Positions 22,730-33,821 of a stretch of 64,000 nucleotides of DNA are shown here, one piece after another. Origin of the DNA: Leidyana gryllorum EB-2025a. Its lineage: Eukaryota; Protista; Apicomplexa. Position 1 is the stretch's first letter. Every line of letters starts with the position of its first letter. The notes beneath the pieces were generated by a model. It was not told the DNA's origin. It saw nothing but the letters and a program-made list of their open reading frames with translations, and searched no databases. Location of the stretch: contig JBLWGC010000033.1 in assembly GCA_048772705.1 (NCBI GenBank), positions 248,001 to 312,000 on the forward strand, in the 5' to 3' direction. A program made the translations under genes and the position numbers.

Positions 22730-24670
22730 TTATTCAGTTGCGTTGGCAGCCACGTCTTCTCCCTCTCCTCCGTCTTCGTCGTCTTCTTCATCTTCTTCGT
22801 CAACAGGTGAAATATCCAAGACCAACTTGTACAACTTGGCCAACTTGGGGAAGCTGGTTTCCCAGCCTTCTTGGAGTATGTTATCAGCTCTGTGCCAATA
22901 CAGTTCGAAGGCGAGGGCAAAGTCGATGTAAGAGAGGCGGTTGTCGACTGCATAACCCTCAGCTGACTGGGTTGCACCCAATAATTTCTCCAAGATGGCA
23001 GCCTTCTCGAGGTAGAGTGGTCTGGACTCCTCCAAGAGAGTGGGTTCGGCTGTGCTAATATCTTCTGCACTGTACAATTTGGTGGTAATTGGAACGATAT
23101 CGCAGTTGAAGAAGGACAGGAGACTAGCAGCAGCGGCACGTCCCATAGGGGTTATCGGCATGAGATCAGCGAGTTCTGCAACGTACTGCAGACACCCAGC
23201 CACCTCGTAGATCCGCGTTCCATCGACTTCAATGTATGGGACATGTCCAGTGAGAGACTGTTGCTTGAGCTCAGTCAACCAGGCGTCATTAGAGAATCGA
23301 TCGTTCTCGAAGTCAATGCCAGCATACTTGAGGATATGCTCAATTGCTTCCGCTCGAGAGACGAGATCGAAATAGGTGAGCTTAATTTTCCTTGGAGAGG
23401 GAGTACATCCGTGTAAAACCGGATGACTCATTACTGTCTTGAAAACCTTCTTACAATTGGGGTATCGTGCGGAGAATTGCGGGATACGCACACCATCAAT
23501 TCCGAGAAATGCCATTTGAACAACATTGGCTACATAGAGATCGGCAAACGTCAATCTATCAGCAACTGTATAGCCCTGAATCGACTGATTCTGCCCCACT
23601 ATGACTTCCAGCCGATCGAATAATGCCGGCCCTGTCACCTCTGTCGCTATCCTCAGAGCTTCTTGGCGCTCTTCCTCACTGCTGTCTCCGACGCTCCTGA
23701 CTATGGTGAACCACGGTCGGGCTGTCAGTACAGCAGCGTAGGCGTGGGCAAAATCAAACTCTTTACTGGGCTTCAGACCAATCTTGCTGCCTATGCTGAC
23801 GAGCATAGCACAAGAATCGGTCATCCAGTCCCCATTGCCCAGATCGAGGGCCGGTAGAATACCTCCAGGCACGCCGAGTTCCAGAGCTTCCTCCTCACTT
23901 GACACGCGACTGTGCTCAAAGGGCCTCCCCGTCAGTGTCAGAGCCCAGCGCACGGCCTCCACCGTGTGATCTGGCTCCAACGAGTAAAGCTTGAAGATCG
24001 TCGGTCCCCCCATATACTGCTGGATCACCGGGTGTGCCTCAACCGCCTCACACACAGCCAGCAGTTTCGGGTAGCCCTCCAGGTGGATCGTACACCACTC
24101 CGGTGCCATCCCTCTCAGAAAGCGGATCATACAACGGATGACAATGTCGGTGTAGGATATCTTGTCGTCAAAGACAAAGCCACTGGCGCCAGGGTTGATC
24201 ATACTCTCAACACGCTCTAACATTAACGGGGCACTACGTTTCATTCCCTCCGACACAACACTGATCCGATCCTCCTTGGACAGCGACTTGGAGACCATCT
24301 CAGAGACACCCAGTAATTCAGTGAACACAGAGTGTATCGAGCGAGCATGATCCTTGTTGATCTGACTGTCCGGCATCAGTCCGGCCCGTATCGCAGCGTA
24401 CTGTAATATCGCGCCAGATTGAGTCAACATTTCGCCGTTAATCTCCAGGATAGGGAGCTGACCAGTAGGACTATATGACTTCCACTTTGACTCAAATTCG
24501 AGGTCGTCCGCCACACGTCGATCGACAAAGGGCACATTCCCAACTAGAAAAGTCAACCGAATGGGCTCGCCCAAACCTTCATTCGAGAAATAGGTCAGTA
24601 CCGGTTTGCCATAGTGAACACTCGGTGCCATGGTGTCAAGTTCTCGAGTCTTTACTGCCTTGTCAAACAT
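22730..24670 (-). CDS. triple-domain GST, copy 3, with acidic tail
   Basis: Units LTYFSNEGLGEPIR, LYSLEPDHTVEAVR (divergent) and LTYFDLVSRAEAIE. C-terminal DEEDEEDDED. Confidence 0.9.
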   Translation of the reverse strand: MFDKAVKTRELDTMAPSVHYGKPVLTYFSNEGLGEPIRLTFLVGNVPFVDRRVADDLEFESKWKSYSPTGQLPILEINGEMLTQSGAILQYAAIRAGLMPDSQINKDHARSIHSVFTELLGVSEMVSKSLSKEDRISVVSEGMKRSAPLMLERVESMINPGASGFVFDDKISYTDIVIRCMIRFLRGMAPEWCTIHLEGYPKLLAVCEAVEAHPVIQQYMGGPTIFKLYSLEPDHTVEAVRWALTLTGRPFEHSRVSSEEEALELGVPGGILPALDLGNGDWMTDSCAMLVSIGSKIGLKPSKEFDFAHAYAAVLTARPWFTIVRSVGDSSEEERQEALRIATEVTGPALFDRLEVIVGQNQSIQGYTVADRLTFADLYVANVVQMAFLGIDGVRIPQFSARYPNCKKVFKTVMSHPVLHGCTPSPRKIKLTYFDLVSRAEAIEHILKYAGIDFENDRFSNDAWLTELKQQSLTGHVPYIEVDGTRIYEVAGCLQYVAELADLMPITPMGRAAAASLLSFFNCDIVPITTKLYSAEDISTAEPTLLEESRPLYLEKAAILEKLLGATQSAEGYAVDNRLSYIDFALAFELYWHRADNILQEGWETSFPKLAKLYKLVLDISPVDEEDEEDDEDGGEGEDVAANATE

Positions 24671-25828
24671 CTAAACATCCCCCCTTTGGGACACTGTCTC
24701 ACACACTTGCCAAGGCGAAGCCCTCAAGGTGACGACATGGCCACCCGAGCACTCTAGACTACCCCTTTTTACCGAATGAGACCACAGAGAAGATAGATGA
24801 ACCAATTACTAGTGGCTTTTCACTTTTAAGGGGGGAGGCGGGAGCCGATACAGTCAGCGTCCGACGAGGTCGCCGAACCACATGTCTCTGTGAACGGCCA
24901 TGAAGCATCAAAGCGTCTCTCCATCGCTAGTGACTCGTGACCGACCAATCTCTTCAGTGCCGAGGCGGCCTGCCTTGTTGCCCTGCCCCCCACCGGGAGC
25001 ACTGAAGTGTGTCGCAGACGAGCCCATCTTCCCAACAGTCCCCGTTTTGGAAGCGGGAACTGATTGCGGACGTCAGGACACTCTACGCCGGGGAGAGGGG
25101 TATTGGTGGGCCAGAGGGTTGGTGGGCGAAGCTGCAAGTTCAAGGCCAGCCGGGTTTGGAACAGATTCGATGGGCAGTTCAGAGTCCCAGTGTAGCGCTC
25201 TCCCCGATATGACGATAGTTTGTTCTCTCAGCTGTGTTACAGAGAAGCGCTGCTCCGCCGTAAATGAGTATTGAGGATTCTCATTGGGCTCATTCGCAAC
25301 TTATTAAACGTCTGCCAGACTGAACCTTTGTTCCCCCATCGCATGAAAGACAACTACACTTCCAATTCTTCAAACTTAATCTGTCAATCTTCGTGGGCGC
25401 TGTGGCTGTCATCCGTTCCGAAGAAGAAGATATGCGCCCGATCAGCCCAGGTTGGGAAAAGTAAAAGGGCAACGTGGATCGGGAACAACACAAACCGCTT
25501 TATTAGCCACCAGGGTGCAGATTGTCTCTCACAAGGGAAGTCGATGATCAATTCGATCATCTTTGTCATCATGAGTAACGCGAAGACAAGCGGTAGCGTA
25601 TAATAATAGGGGTGGTCGACACTCAAACGCGGTCGATGGTGAGTCATCTGTGTGAACTTCTGAGAGTGATTTGAGTCTTTAGCCACGAGACCTCTCTCAT
25701 TGTTTCTCCTTTCAAGAGTGACCCAACACTACGAACTGACACAAAGATCACTTGCCGCCTATTTAGTCATTCAGTGGTTTAGTCATCAGTCACATCAATA
25801 GTCAGTGTTATTGCGCTAAATTGAGATT

Positions 25829-27682
25829 TCACAAATTCATCACGAGATCGTAAGTTTTCGCGAGGTGGGTGTATTTGTCCTTCCATCCAGCCTGGAGGAA
25901 CTCGACCCATTCGTTGTATTTGACTTCGTGCGCCAGGAAGAAATCGATATACGTCAACTTGTTGTCGACACAGTATCCTTCTTCTGACTGATTGACGCCC
26001 ACCAGCTTATCCAGAATGGCATAGAGGGATTCACACTTGGGTCTCAGCTCCTCTCTCTTCTCCGGGATTGTTTCCGCTGGTGAGCGATAGTGTTGAACGA
26101 CAATGCTGAAGACATTCAGAGCTGTGTTGAAGATGGACAATGACTGAGCTCGACCCCGCCAGGATGTCGGGGTCAAACCGGTCAATTCGGCGCAGTATTG
26201 GAAGCAACCAGCGATCTCAAACACCCGTTCCCCGGCAACGTCAATGTAAGGTATCTTGTGGGTCAAAGATTGGGATTTGTACTCGTTGCACCACGTGTCC
26301 ATGGAGACGCGATTGTCCTCAAATTCCACTTGGGCATATCTGAGGATGTGACGGATACCCTCTCCCCGGGAAGCGACATCAAAGTAGGTGAGTTTCGGGG
26401 TGCTGACAACTTCTCGGATTGTTAATCTTCTCACCACAGGATGGTTTCGGACGAGATTGAACACTTTGTCGCAGTGCGGAACAGAACTGAGCAAATTAGG
26501 GACCAACTTCTGACTCGGATCTGCGGCCTCCATGCAGATCGACCACACCCAGATGTCCGCAACGGTCAATCGATTTCCCACACAATAGCCCTGGTGACTC
26601 TGTCTCAGAACCACCAAGACGTCCAATCGCTTGAACATCTCTGGAATGGTCTCTTCATAGGCCCTCTTGACGCTTTCCTCTTTCTCACTCTCCGGCGTCT
26701 CCCACTCCAGGATCCGGATCAGATTCTGAATTGAGCTCGCACTCGTCATCAACGTGTAAGCGTGAGCTGAGTCCGAGCTTTGGATCGGGAGCAGACCGCC
26801 CTTCCGAGCAACGTGGCAGCCGATAGCAATGCTCTCACTCAACCAGTCGCCGTTGGGACATTGCAGCGCCGGCAGTGTTCCTCCAGGAACGGTAGGCTTC
26901 AGAGCCTTCCATTCGTCATCGGTACAACGGCAGTCCTCATAGTCTATTCCGCTGATTTCGAAGAGGATACGGATTGCGGCTCCCAGTCCTCTGACATTGA
27001 AGTAGTACAACTTGGGTTTGGTAGGGGACCGTTCCTCGTAGTGGTGGGCGACCACCGGGTGAGCTTCAACAGCTCTGTACACCTTCTCCAGACTGGGAAC
27101 TGACGCCAAAAAGTCCTCCAGAACGAGAAGATCGCTATCCTTCAACGCATATATCATAGAGAAGACCGCGAGGTCGGCGTAGGAGAGTTTGTCGCCCACC
27201 AGCCATCCTCTCCCGGATGGAACCACCATAGCGTCCAGTCTCTTCAGGACCGGAAACCCATGCGTCTCCAACGACTTGGCCACTTGAATTCTCTTTTCGG
27301 CCTCCGCCAGATTGGGGTCGATAGTCTCGAAATCCGCAACAATCTCGAAGATCATCGACTGTATCATCAAAGCCGCGTCTTGATCACGAGCCGACTCCGG
27401 CACCAGGCCACACTTCTTAGCCACATATTGAAGAATGGCCGCCGATTGTACCAATACTTTACCGTCGATCTCCAAAGTGGGTAGCTGACCAGTGGGCACC
27501 ACTGCCTTCCACTTCGTACGGAACTCCTCCTTGTCTTTGACGCGCCGATCGACAAACGGGACGCCTCCCAACTTGAAGGCTAAACGAACCTGGTCACCCC
27601 AGCCAGGTAGATCAAAGTAAGTGAACGTAGCGAGTCCATTTTCAGAGCTAGCGCCTGGAGAAGTGTCGTTATTCAGAAACAT
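25829..27682 (-). CDS. triple-domain GST, copy 4
   Basis: Units FTYFDLPGWGDQVR, LYYFNVRGLGAAIR and LTYFDVASRGEGIR. Confidence 0.92.
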   Translation of the reverse strand: MFLNNDTSPGASSENGLATFTYFDLPGWGDQVRLAFKLGGVPFVDRRVKDKEEFRTKWKAVVPTGQLPTLEIDGKVLVQSAAILQYVAKKCGLVPESARDQDAALMIQSMIFEIVADFETIDPNLAEAEKRIQVAKSLETHGFPVLKRLDAMVVPSGRGWLVGDKLSYADLAVFSMIYALKDSDLLVLEDFLASVPSLEKVYRAVEAHPVVAHHYEERSPTKPKLYYFNVRGLGAAIRILFEISGIDYEDCRCTDDEWKALKPTVPGGTLPALQCPNGDWLSESIAIGCHVARKGGLLPIQSSDSAHAYTLMTSASSIQNLIRILEWETPESEKEESVKRAYEETIPEMFKRLDVLVVLRQSHQGYCVGNRLTVADIWVWSICMEAADPSQKLVPNLLSSVPHCDKVFNLVRNHPVVRRLTIREVVSTPKLTYFDVASRGEGIRHILRYAQVEFEDNRVSMDTWCNEYKSQSLTHKIPYIDVAGERVFEIAGCFQYCAELTGLTPTSWRGRAQSLSIFNTALNVFSIVVQHYRSPAETIPEKREELRPKCESLYAILDKLVGVNQSEEGYCVDNKLTYIDFFLAHEVKYNEWVEFLQAGWKDKYTHLAKTYDLVMNL

Positions 27683-27751
27683 TTGATTGTAGCCAGTGAT
27701 CGGAAGGTATCAAATTTTCTCCTGACGACCTCTCCCAAATCCAGTGAACGC

Positions 27752-27766
27752 GTCCCAAATGGGACA
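27752..27766. promoter_or_regulatory. palindromic GTCCC-N4-GGGAC element upstream of GST copy 4
   Basis: gtcccaaatgggaca, about 70 nt upstream of the ATG. Confidence 0.55.
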
Positions 27767-28069
27767 AACACCTTTCCTCCAACCCCTGAACTCGTTCACG
27801 GGAGGTTCCACACTTCTGATCTAGCTTTTGACTGAGCTTGGGAGCTATGCGTACTGAACCAATCAAAGCTATCGCCCACACTCTCCCCTTCGGTGACGGC
27901 CAGCTTGATGCAAACTGGATCTAAAGCCCGACAGATCCAGCCTCGTCCCAATCCCCGCCGTGGCCGCACACATCGTGGCCAAAGTCCGAATAAAGCGACA
28001 TCGAAGTTGTCTATTTGAGCTCTTCGCGTTACTTGTCTGCTAATACCTTCGTAAATTGGACGAAAGACA

Positions 28070-28405
28070 ATGCATCATCGACCATCCCCAGGACATCACA
28101 TGCCTCCGGGACCTGCATATCATCCTCCTGCTAATGTCCCCGGGCACCACACCCCTGGTTACTCCACTCCGGGTCATTTCGCTCCAGGACATCATGCTCC
28201 TGCGGGTCCAAGGCCTGGTTACGTCGTACACCCAGCTCCTGCGCCGATGCATCATTGTTCCCCACCGCCGGCCCACCACCAACACCCTACTCCCCAGGGA
28301 CCGGCTCATCATGTCCCCACACCCCAGGGGCCTGGTCACCACGCTCCTAGTCCTGGTCATCATCATGCTCCGAGCCCACCGCATCACGGACCGGGTCGTC
28401 GTTGA
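28070..28405 (+). CDS. small His/Pro/Gly-rich protein with PGHH repeats
   Basis: 111-aa ATG-initiated ORF with about 25 His, repeated PGHH/PGHF and PTPQGP, and no acidic residues. It fills an otherwise empty gap. Confidence 0.65.
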   Translation: MHHRPSPGHHMPPGPAYHPPANVPGHHTPGYSTPGHFAPGHHAPAGPRPGYVVHPAPAPMHHCSPPPAHHQHPTPQGPAHHVPTPQGPGHHAPSPGHHHAPSPPHHGPGRR

Positions 28406-28652
28406 AGAACGAGCTGATCAGATGGTGTAGAGTTTCGTTTCCTGAATTTTGACGTGTCGAATTCGATTGAGTAACCTCGGACAACTTGTTAAGTTTGTCA
28501 GTTCATCGTCAAGATAGTCGTGTTCCTTGGGCAGCTCAACTTGTCTGCGGCGGCCAAACGGTCTCCTCGGCAATTTATTGTGTTGCGACAGGTTGCGTTC
28601 GTATTAGAACTCTAGCAGTTATTGAGTGGGTATTAAAACAACAGATAAAATG

Positions 28653-30515
28653 CTAATTGGGGGCGAACATTGAGTTATAAACTCTGGCCAGAGCCGGGAA
28701 CTTGAGTTTCCACTCGTCGGTCAGGAAGTTTACCACTTCGTTGTATCTCAGCTCGTGAGCCACGAAAAAGTCGATATATGTCAATTGATTGTCGACACAG
28801 TATTGATCCGATTGGTATTGGGCCACACACCTATCCAACACCTCCACGTGTTTCAGATAGGTCGGGCGCAGTTCGAGCAACTTCGCTTGGCGCTCTGCTC
28901 CGTGAGGCGCAGCGTAGTGCTCGAGTATAATTCGATTCGCATTTTCATACACGGAGAGTATTGTCAGAGCGTGACATCGCCCTCTCCATGTTCGAGGTTC
29001 CAAGTTCGCCATTTCGGCCACGCATTGTAGACATCCGGCTATTTCGTAGATTCTGTGTCCACCGATATCCAAGAAAGGGACTTTTCGAGTCGCTGACTGC
29101 GACTTCATCCCCGACTCTTCTTCTTCTCCTCCTTTTTCTTCGGACGAAACTCGAATGTCCTCAAAATCTATCTTGGCGTATTTGAGAATCTCTCGGACAT
29201 GTTGGGCCCGCTCCGGGACGTCAAAATACGACAACACCGGTTTCGCCACGACCGCTCGGAGCATCTCAGACCGGACTGCTGGATGTGAACGAACGAGTTC
29301 GAACACTCTGTTGCAGTTCGGCACCTGAGACATTAGGTTGGGCACCACAGTGTGATCTTCGATCATTCTCAAACATCCGTATGCCACCACAATATCGGCA
29401 AAGGACAGCTTATTCCCGACAGCATATCCTTGAGGAGACCGATACTCTCCCACCAAAGCCTCAATTCGTTGAAAAGCTTTGGGTATCACCTTATCGTAGG
29501 CATTGGTTCTCATCGATTCTTTCTCCTCAGGGGAGGACGCCGTCTCGATTTCTTTCAAGACTAACTCCACGGGCGACATGGCCAACAGTATGGAGAACGC
29601 GTGGGCGAATTCGTCAGCGTCGGAAGGCACGAGATTGGCTCGGCGCGCAGCGTATAAGAGGATCGCCGGGGTCTCTGTCAAGCTGTTCCCGTCAGCCAGC
29701 TCCAACACCGGAACTGTGCCGCCGGGCACCTTCTCGTTGAGAGACTCACCAGAACAAGAGGACGAAATTCTATGATCTTCATATTGCACGCCACCAATCT
29801 CAAAGATCCAACGAATGGGAGCCGCGGTTCCTGCGCGGTCGTAGTCATACAGCCTCGGTCGCTCGATTTGCTTTGACATTCTGTACTTCACCACGGCCGG
29901 GTGAGCGTTGACTGCTTCACACACCGCCTTGATCTTCGGACACCCTTCCAACGCCTTCGCGTTTCGAGGGCTTCCATGGTGGATCATTCCGCGCACGAAA
30001 CTGTTCAGCGCAATGTCAGCATAGGAGATACTCTTCCCGAACAGCCAGCCTTCCTCCGAAGGCTCAATCATTGACTCCAATCTCATAATGATGTTGGGGC
30101 CCTTCATGTCCCACAACTCCAACAGTCTTCCGATTCCCTGTTGCATCAGGTTCGTGGGAGGGTCCAAATCCAAGTAACTGTAAAACTCGGTGATCAATGT
30201 TTGAATGCCGAAAGCCTTCTCACGGTCCAGCGGCTCCTGCGGAATTAGATTACCCCTCTCAGCGGCATAGTACATGATGGCTTGCGATTCCGTCAGCACT
30301 CGCCCGTCCACTTCAAGCATCGGGATCTGCCCGCTTGGCGACAAACCTTTGTATTTAGCCTTGAACTCTGTAGTTTTGATTCTTCTGTCAATGTATGGCA
30401 CCTCTCCAACCGCAAATGTGACCCGGATTTGTTCCGCAAACCCGGGCAGGTTGTAGAACGTCAAGATTGGCAGACCGTTCGAGATTGTTCGATCAGTACT
30501 CTTCGACTTGGCCAT
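28653..30515 (-). CDS. triple-domain GST, copy 5
   Basis: Units LTFYNLPGFAEQIR, LYDYDRAGTAAPIR and LSYFDVPERAQHVR. Confidence 0.92.
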   Translation of the reverse strand: MAKSKSTDRTISNGLPILTFYNLPGFAEQIRVTFAVGEVPYIDRRIKTTEFKAKYKGLSPSGQIPMLEVDGRVLTESQAIMYYAAERGNLIPQEPLDREKAFGIQTLITEFYSYLDLDPPTNLMQQGIGRLLELWDMKGPNIIMRLESMIEPSEEGWLFGKSISYADIALNSFVRGMIHHGSPRNAKALEGCPKIKAVCEAVNAHPAVVKYRMSKQIERPRLYDYDRAGTAAPIRWIFEIGGVQYEDHRISSSCSGESLNEKVPGGTVPVLELADGNSLTETPAILLYAARRANLVPSDADEFAHAFSILLAMSPVELVLKEIETASSPEEKESMRTNAYDKVIPKAFQRIEALVGEYRSPQGYAVGNKLSFADIVVAYGCLRMIEDHTVVPNLMSQVPNCNRVFELVRSHPAVRSEMLRAVVAKPVLSYFDVPERAQHVREILKYAKIDFEDIRVSSEEKGGEEEESGMKSQSATRKVPFLDIGGHRIYEIAGCLQCVAEMANLEPRTWRGRCHALTILSVYENANRIILEHYAAPHGAERQAKLLELRPTYLKHVEVLDRCVAQYQSDQYCVDNQLTYIDFFVAHELRYNEVVNFLTDEWKLKFPALARVYNSMFAPN

Positions 30516-31064
30516 CTTTTGCGCCTTACTTCTTCAATCCTTGTTGTCGTTGCCGCGAACTAACCAAAGGTCAATATGCTAAAAATGATCCTAATAACCC
30601 AACACGGCCGCCACACACGCACACGCGGACACACACATTCCCAAACGCAGCAAAGAAATTAAGATTCGGTCTCAAAGGCTGGTGGACCATTTCGTACTCG
30701 ACTATTCTGTTCTATCATCATCATACATGCGGGACACGGGGCTTTATGTGCCACCTCGATGTTTGCGGAGCCCGCCCGCGTGCTTTTGAGTGTGAACTAT
30801 ATGACGGCTCACTTGGAGACGTTGGATGCGGAGGCGCGGTAACGGTTGGCAGTGTGGAAGGAATGGGAAATAAAGAACCCAAAGGCAGTTGATGGTGGCA
30901 ATGAAAGATGTGGGAATGCCGCAGCGGCCGCAGAGGCGCAGAGGAAAGGATTTAGTGCCTTTCTCAGAACCGTGATGACAGCTGTCATTGCGACCAACGT
31001 TATGTTATCCCCGGCGATGTTTAGTGACGAGGAAGTACGAATACTAAGCACTAACGTTTGTGGC

Positions 31065-33638
31065 CTACGAGCTGTTTGCATCGCTCTTGTGCCCTTCCAA
31101 ATACTGAGATTGTGCGACCACTTGCACAGTTCTTTCTTGACGGGTAACTGTGACCGTTCCGGAAGTGATTTCTTGTTGGAGTGTGGCGAATGTGTTTGAA
31201 GATTGTGAAAGTAATTCTTGATGGAGAGATGCCTCAGTTGATTGCGACGCAAGCTCGAGATCAGCGGCGAGATTCCAAGTACTCACGTTCTGCCTGTTTT
31301 GGGGATTGAAACACTGCGGCCGGGGGGACGAGCCGAAGATACCTTCGCGGGCGGCGGCTTCCGCCATCTCTTTGTCCAAAAGCTTAGGAATAAGGAGGTT
31401 GGGTACAACACCCGAGGCGATGGCGGCCTCGTCTAGGGCGTCGTCCATATGAAAATCGCTGATGCGGGTGGGGGGTTGGGGTTGCGTTGGGGTTGCCGTG
31501 GCTTCAGCTGTCGAGGAGGACATCATTGAACCTGGCCCTGTTCCTGTCTCTGTCGGCTGTGCATCTTGGTCAAGGGAATCTGGTGGTGTGTCTCCGTAGA
31601 TGTCTCGTTCGGATTCAGAGTTCGGTATCAGCGTGACCCACCACTCTTCGTCACGATTGTGCACCACCACTCGACCGTCGTCCCCGAAGACGTTTAACCT
31701 TTCGGGATTCTCAACTTTAGCCCCGCTGGTCTGAAGGAACTTGTGGAGATCCTCTCTCATGGTGTCTGACTTTTCCAGTTGGTAGATTAACGCGTGGAAC
31801 GGGAATCGGGCGACTTGTAGGTCCCTGGCCTGGTCAAACATCAACAGCCCTTGGCCCACGACGCTCTGGAGAACATGAGTGACGTCCTCTATAGTATCAA
31901 CACTGTCGGTAGGCCACTTCACAGTTGCCGTGCCAGCCTCACAGTGCTCCACCAAGTTTACCTTCTTTGGCTCGTCTTGGGCATTCACAGTAAAGAGATA
32001 ATGCCCATTGTCTTCTGCCGAGACATAATGCCCAAAGTCTTTGGACAAAAGTTTGAGATAACTGATATTCGTAAATTCTCTGAGGATCTTTCCAGTGGGC
32101 ACCTTTACGCTTGTGACGTTAGGAGCCGGCTCCACGGGGGACGTCCTTCCACTCAGTCTCTTTGATGAAGGACTCGTTGGAATCTCTGGTCCATCGCTCG
32201 CCGGCACCTCGGAACCCATTTTAGTTACACCAAACTTCCTCCTCGGCGGTGATGCTGTACCATCACCCGTCTGAGGAGAGGTCGTTGTGTTGTCCTTCTT
32301 AGCCGCTGTGGCAGCAGTCGAAACAATTTTTCTCGGTGTCGTCGCGTTACCGCTCTTCGCCGCTGCGGCAGCAGTCGAAACAATTTTTCTCGGTGTCGTC
32401 GCGTTACCGCTCTTCGCCGCTGTGGCAGCAGTCGAAACAATTTTTCTCGGTGTCGTCGCGTTACCGCTCTTTGCAGTGATCGCCCTCGGTGTCCCGACAG
32501 TGCCTACCGGCTTTGCAGTCGCCCCCGCGCGGTGCAGAGAAAGACGACTGCCTTTGAGAGTCGGACTCATCTTTGACACGTCAGCTGCAGAGCCTCTAAG
32601 GTTGGCTGAGCGTCCAGTAGCAGCAGCGGTAGGTTTCCTGCGGGAAGCAGCTGCGCGGGCGATGTCGAGTGTCGACCTGGATTTTGGGCGTTCTTTTTCA
32701 GCGGCGGCCAAGGGAGAAGAGTGCTTGTGCGATGCGGTGTCTTGAGATAGAGGTCGCGGTTTCCTGGTAGTGAATCGAGAGGGGACTTGGAAAGTGGGCG
32801 GGACAGCGTCTCGGCCCATGTCTTGATAGTTGAGGCTGGTTTTTGCCTGACAGCTCGGGAGGAGGATAAAGTAGGGGGCGAAACCGGGCTGATGATTGGC
32901 TTCCAAATCGCGGACGAAGGGTACAATCGCGTCCCTGTTCGCTACGAAGAAGTCGATAAGTGTCGAATGCTCTCCGAGATCAATGCGGGTACTGCGAAAG
33001 CTGATCTTTGGGTTATCATACGGTCCCGATGCCTGTTGGGGCGACTTTGTGATCGCCAAGTTGTACATTCCGGCCTGACCGCGGCGTATGAGCATTGACG
33101 CAAACTCGCCTCGTCTTGTGGGGAACCAAACTTGTAAAAGGGGTTCATTGGGGATGCTCGCGGCTGTTTTCGCCGCTGAGGCTGTTCTCAGTGGGGTTCT
33201 CCCTGCCGACCCTTTGCTCGCAGGTGGTGGAGACGTGCTGTCGCGATGGAGAACCATACAGCAACCGACGCTGTCACCATTGGCGAAAGGGAGGACTTTG
33301 GCTTTGTCCAAATGCGGGCTGGCCATAAAGTGGTTCCTCCTCTTCCTGGTGATGCTTATCATTTTGTTAACGTCTTCCACGGTGGGATACCCCGGCCCTT
33401 TCAGGACAGTGGCCATATTGTCCGGAGCCATCACATCCCGAACGACCCCATCGGCAAATGTGGTCTTTTCCCACGAGTAGAATCCGTCAGATCGGCGTCC
33501 TACAGCCACTGTGCTCGAGGGGACGTTCTCAGTGATGCCAGCGTTATCCCAAACTCCCGCAACGGCAACAGACGCCACCCCTATCATAGAGGGGCCAGCG
33601 TCTTTGCCATTTGACAACGCTACTCTCGGGGGCCTCAT
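31065..33638 (-). CDS. hypothetical protein with basic Ser/Thr/Pro-rich middle and 19-aa repeats
   Basis: Long ORF, open to 33749 with the first ATG at 33638. No family recognised. Confidence 0.65.
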   Translation of the reverse strand: MRPPRVALSNGKDAGPSMIGVASVAVAGVWDNAGITENVPSSTVAVGRRSDGFYSWEKTTFADGVVRDVMAPDNMATVLKGPGYPTVEDVNKMISITRKRRNHFMASPHLDKAKVLPFANGDSVGCCMVLHRDSTSPPPASKGSAGRTPLRTASAAKTAASIPNEPLLQVWFPTRRGEFASMLIRRGQAGMYNLAITKSPQQASGPYDNPKISFRSTRIDLGEHSTLIDFFVANRDAIVPFVRDLEANHQPGFAPYFILLPSCQAKTSLNYQDMGRDAVPPTFQVPSRFTTRKPRPLSQDTASHKHSSPLAAAEKERPKSRSTLDIARAAASRRKPTAAATGRSANLRGSAADVSKMSPTLKGSRLSLHRAGATAKPVGTVGTPRAITAKSGNATTPRKIVSTAATAAKSGNATTPRKIVSTAAAAAKSGNATTPRKIVSTAATAAKKDNTTTSPQTGDGTASPPRRKFGVTKMGSEVPASDGPEIPTSPSSKRLSGRTSPVEPAPNVTSVKVPTGKILREFTNISYLKLLSKDFGHYVSAEDNGHYLFTVNAQDEPKKVNLVEHCEAGTATVKWPTDSVDTIEDVTHVLQSVVGQGLLMFDQARDLQVARFPFHALIYQLEKSDTMREDLHKFLQTSGAKVENPERLNVFGDDGRVVVHNRDEEWWVTLIPNSESERDIYGDTPPDSLDQDAQPTETGTGPGSMMSSSTAEATATPTQPQPPTRISDFHMDDALDEAAIASGVVPNLLIPKLLDKEMAEAAAREGIFGSSPRPQCFNPQNRQNVSTWNLAADLELASQSTEASLHQELLSQSSNTFATLQQEITSGTVTVTRQERTVQVVAQSQYLEGHKSDANSS
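32302..32471. repeat. 3 x 57-bp coding tandem repeat (AKSGNATTPRKIVSTAA[T/A]A)
   Basis: gtcgaaac recurs at 32317, 32374 and 32431. Confidence 0.92.
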
Positions 33639-33821
33639 AAGACAAACAATTAACTCGCTCAAAGCGTCAAAAGAATTGTAATTTTGGGTGAAGTGCAATG
33701 TCGTTCTGATAGCTGTTATCAATTCGATTGCCTTTGTTCGTTTGTCCACGTTGGTGTAATCAATTGATCAAAATGGTCGGCGAGCCTCACAGATATATTA
33801 TCTCTCTCTCTCTTTCTCGCC

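Noticed and set aside
24784-24794. U6-like ACAGAGAAGAT
   Set aside because: The following TAGCATGG and the rest of U6 are absent.
32302-32471. Direct repeats as a possible CRISPR array (also 11278 and 52681)
   Set aside because: Head-to-tail repeats with no spacers, two of the three in frame within genes, in a eukaryotic context.
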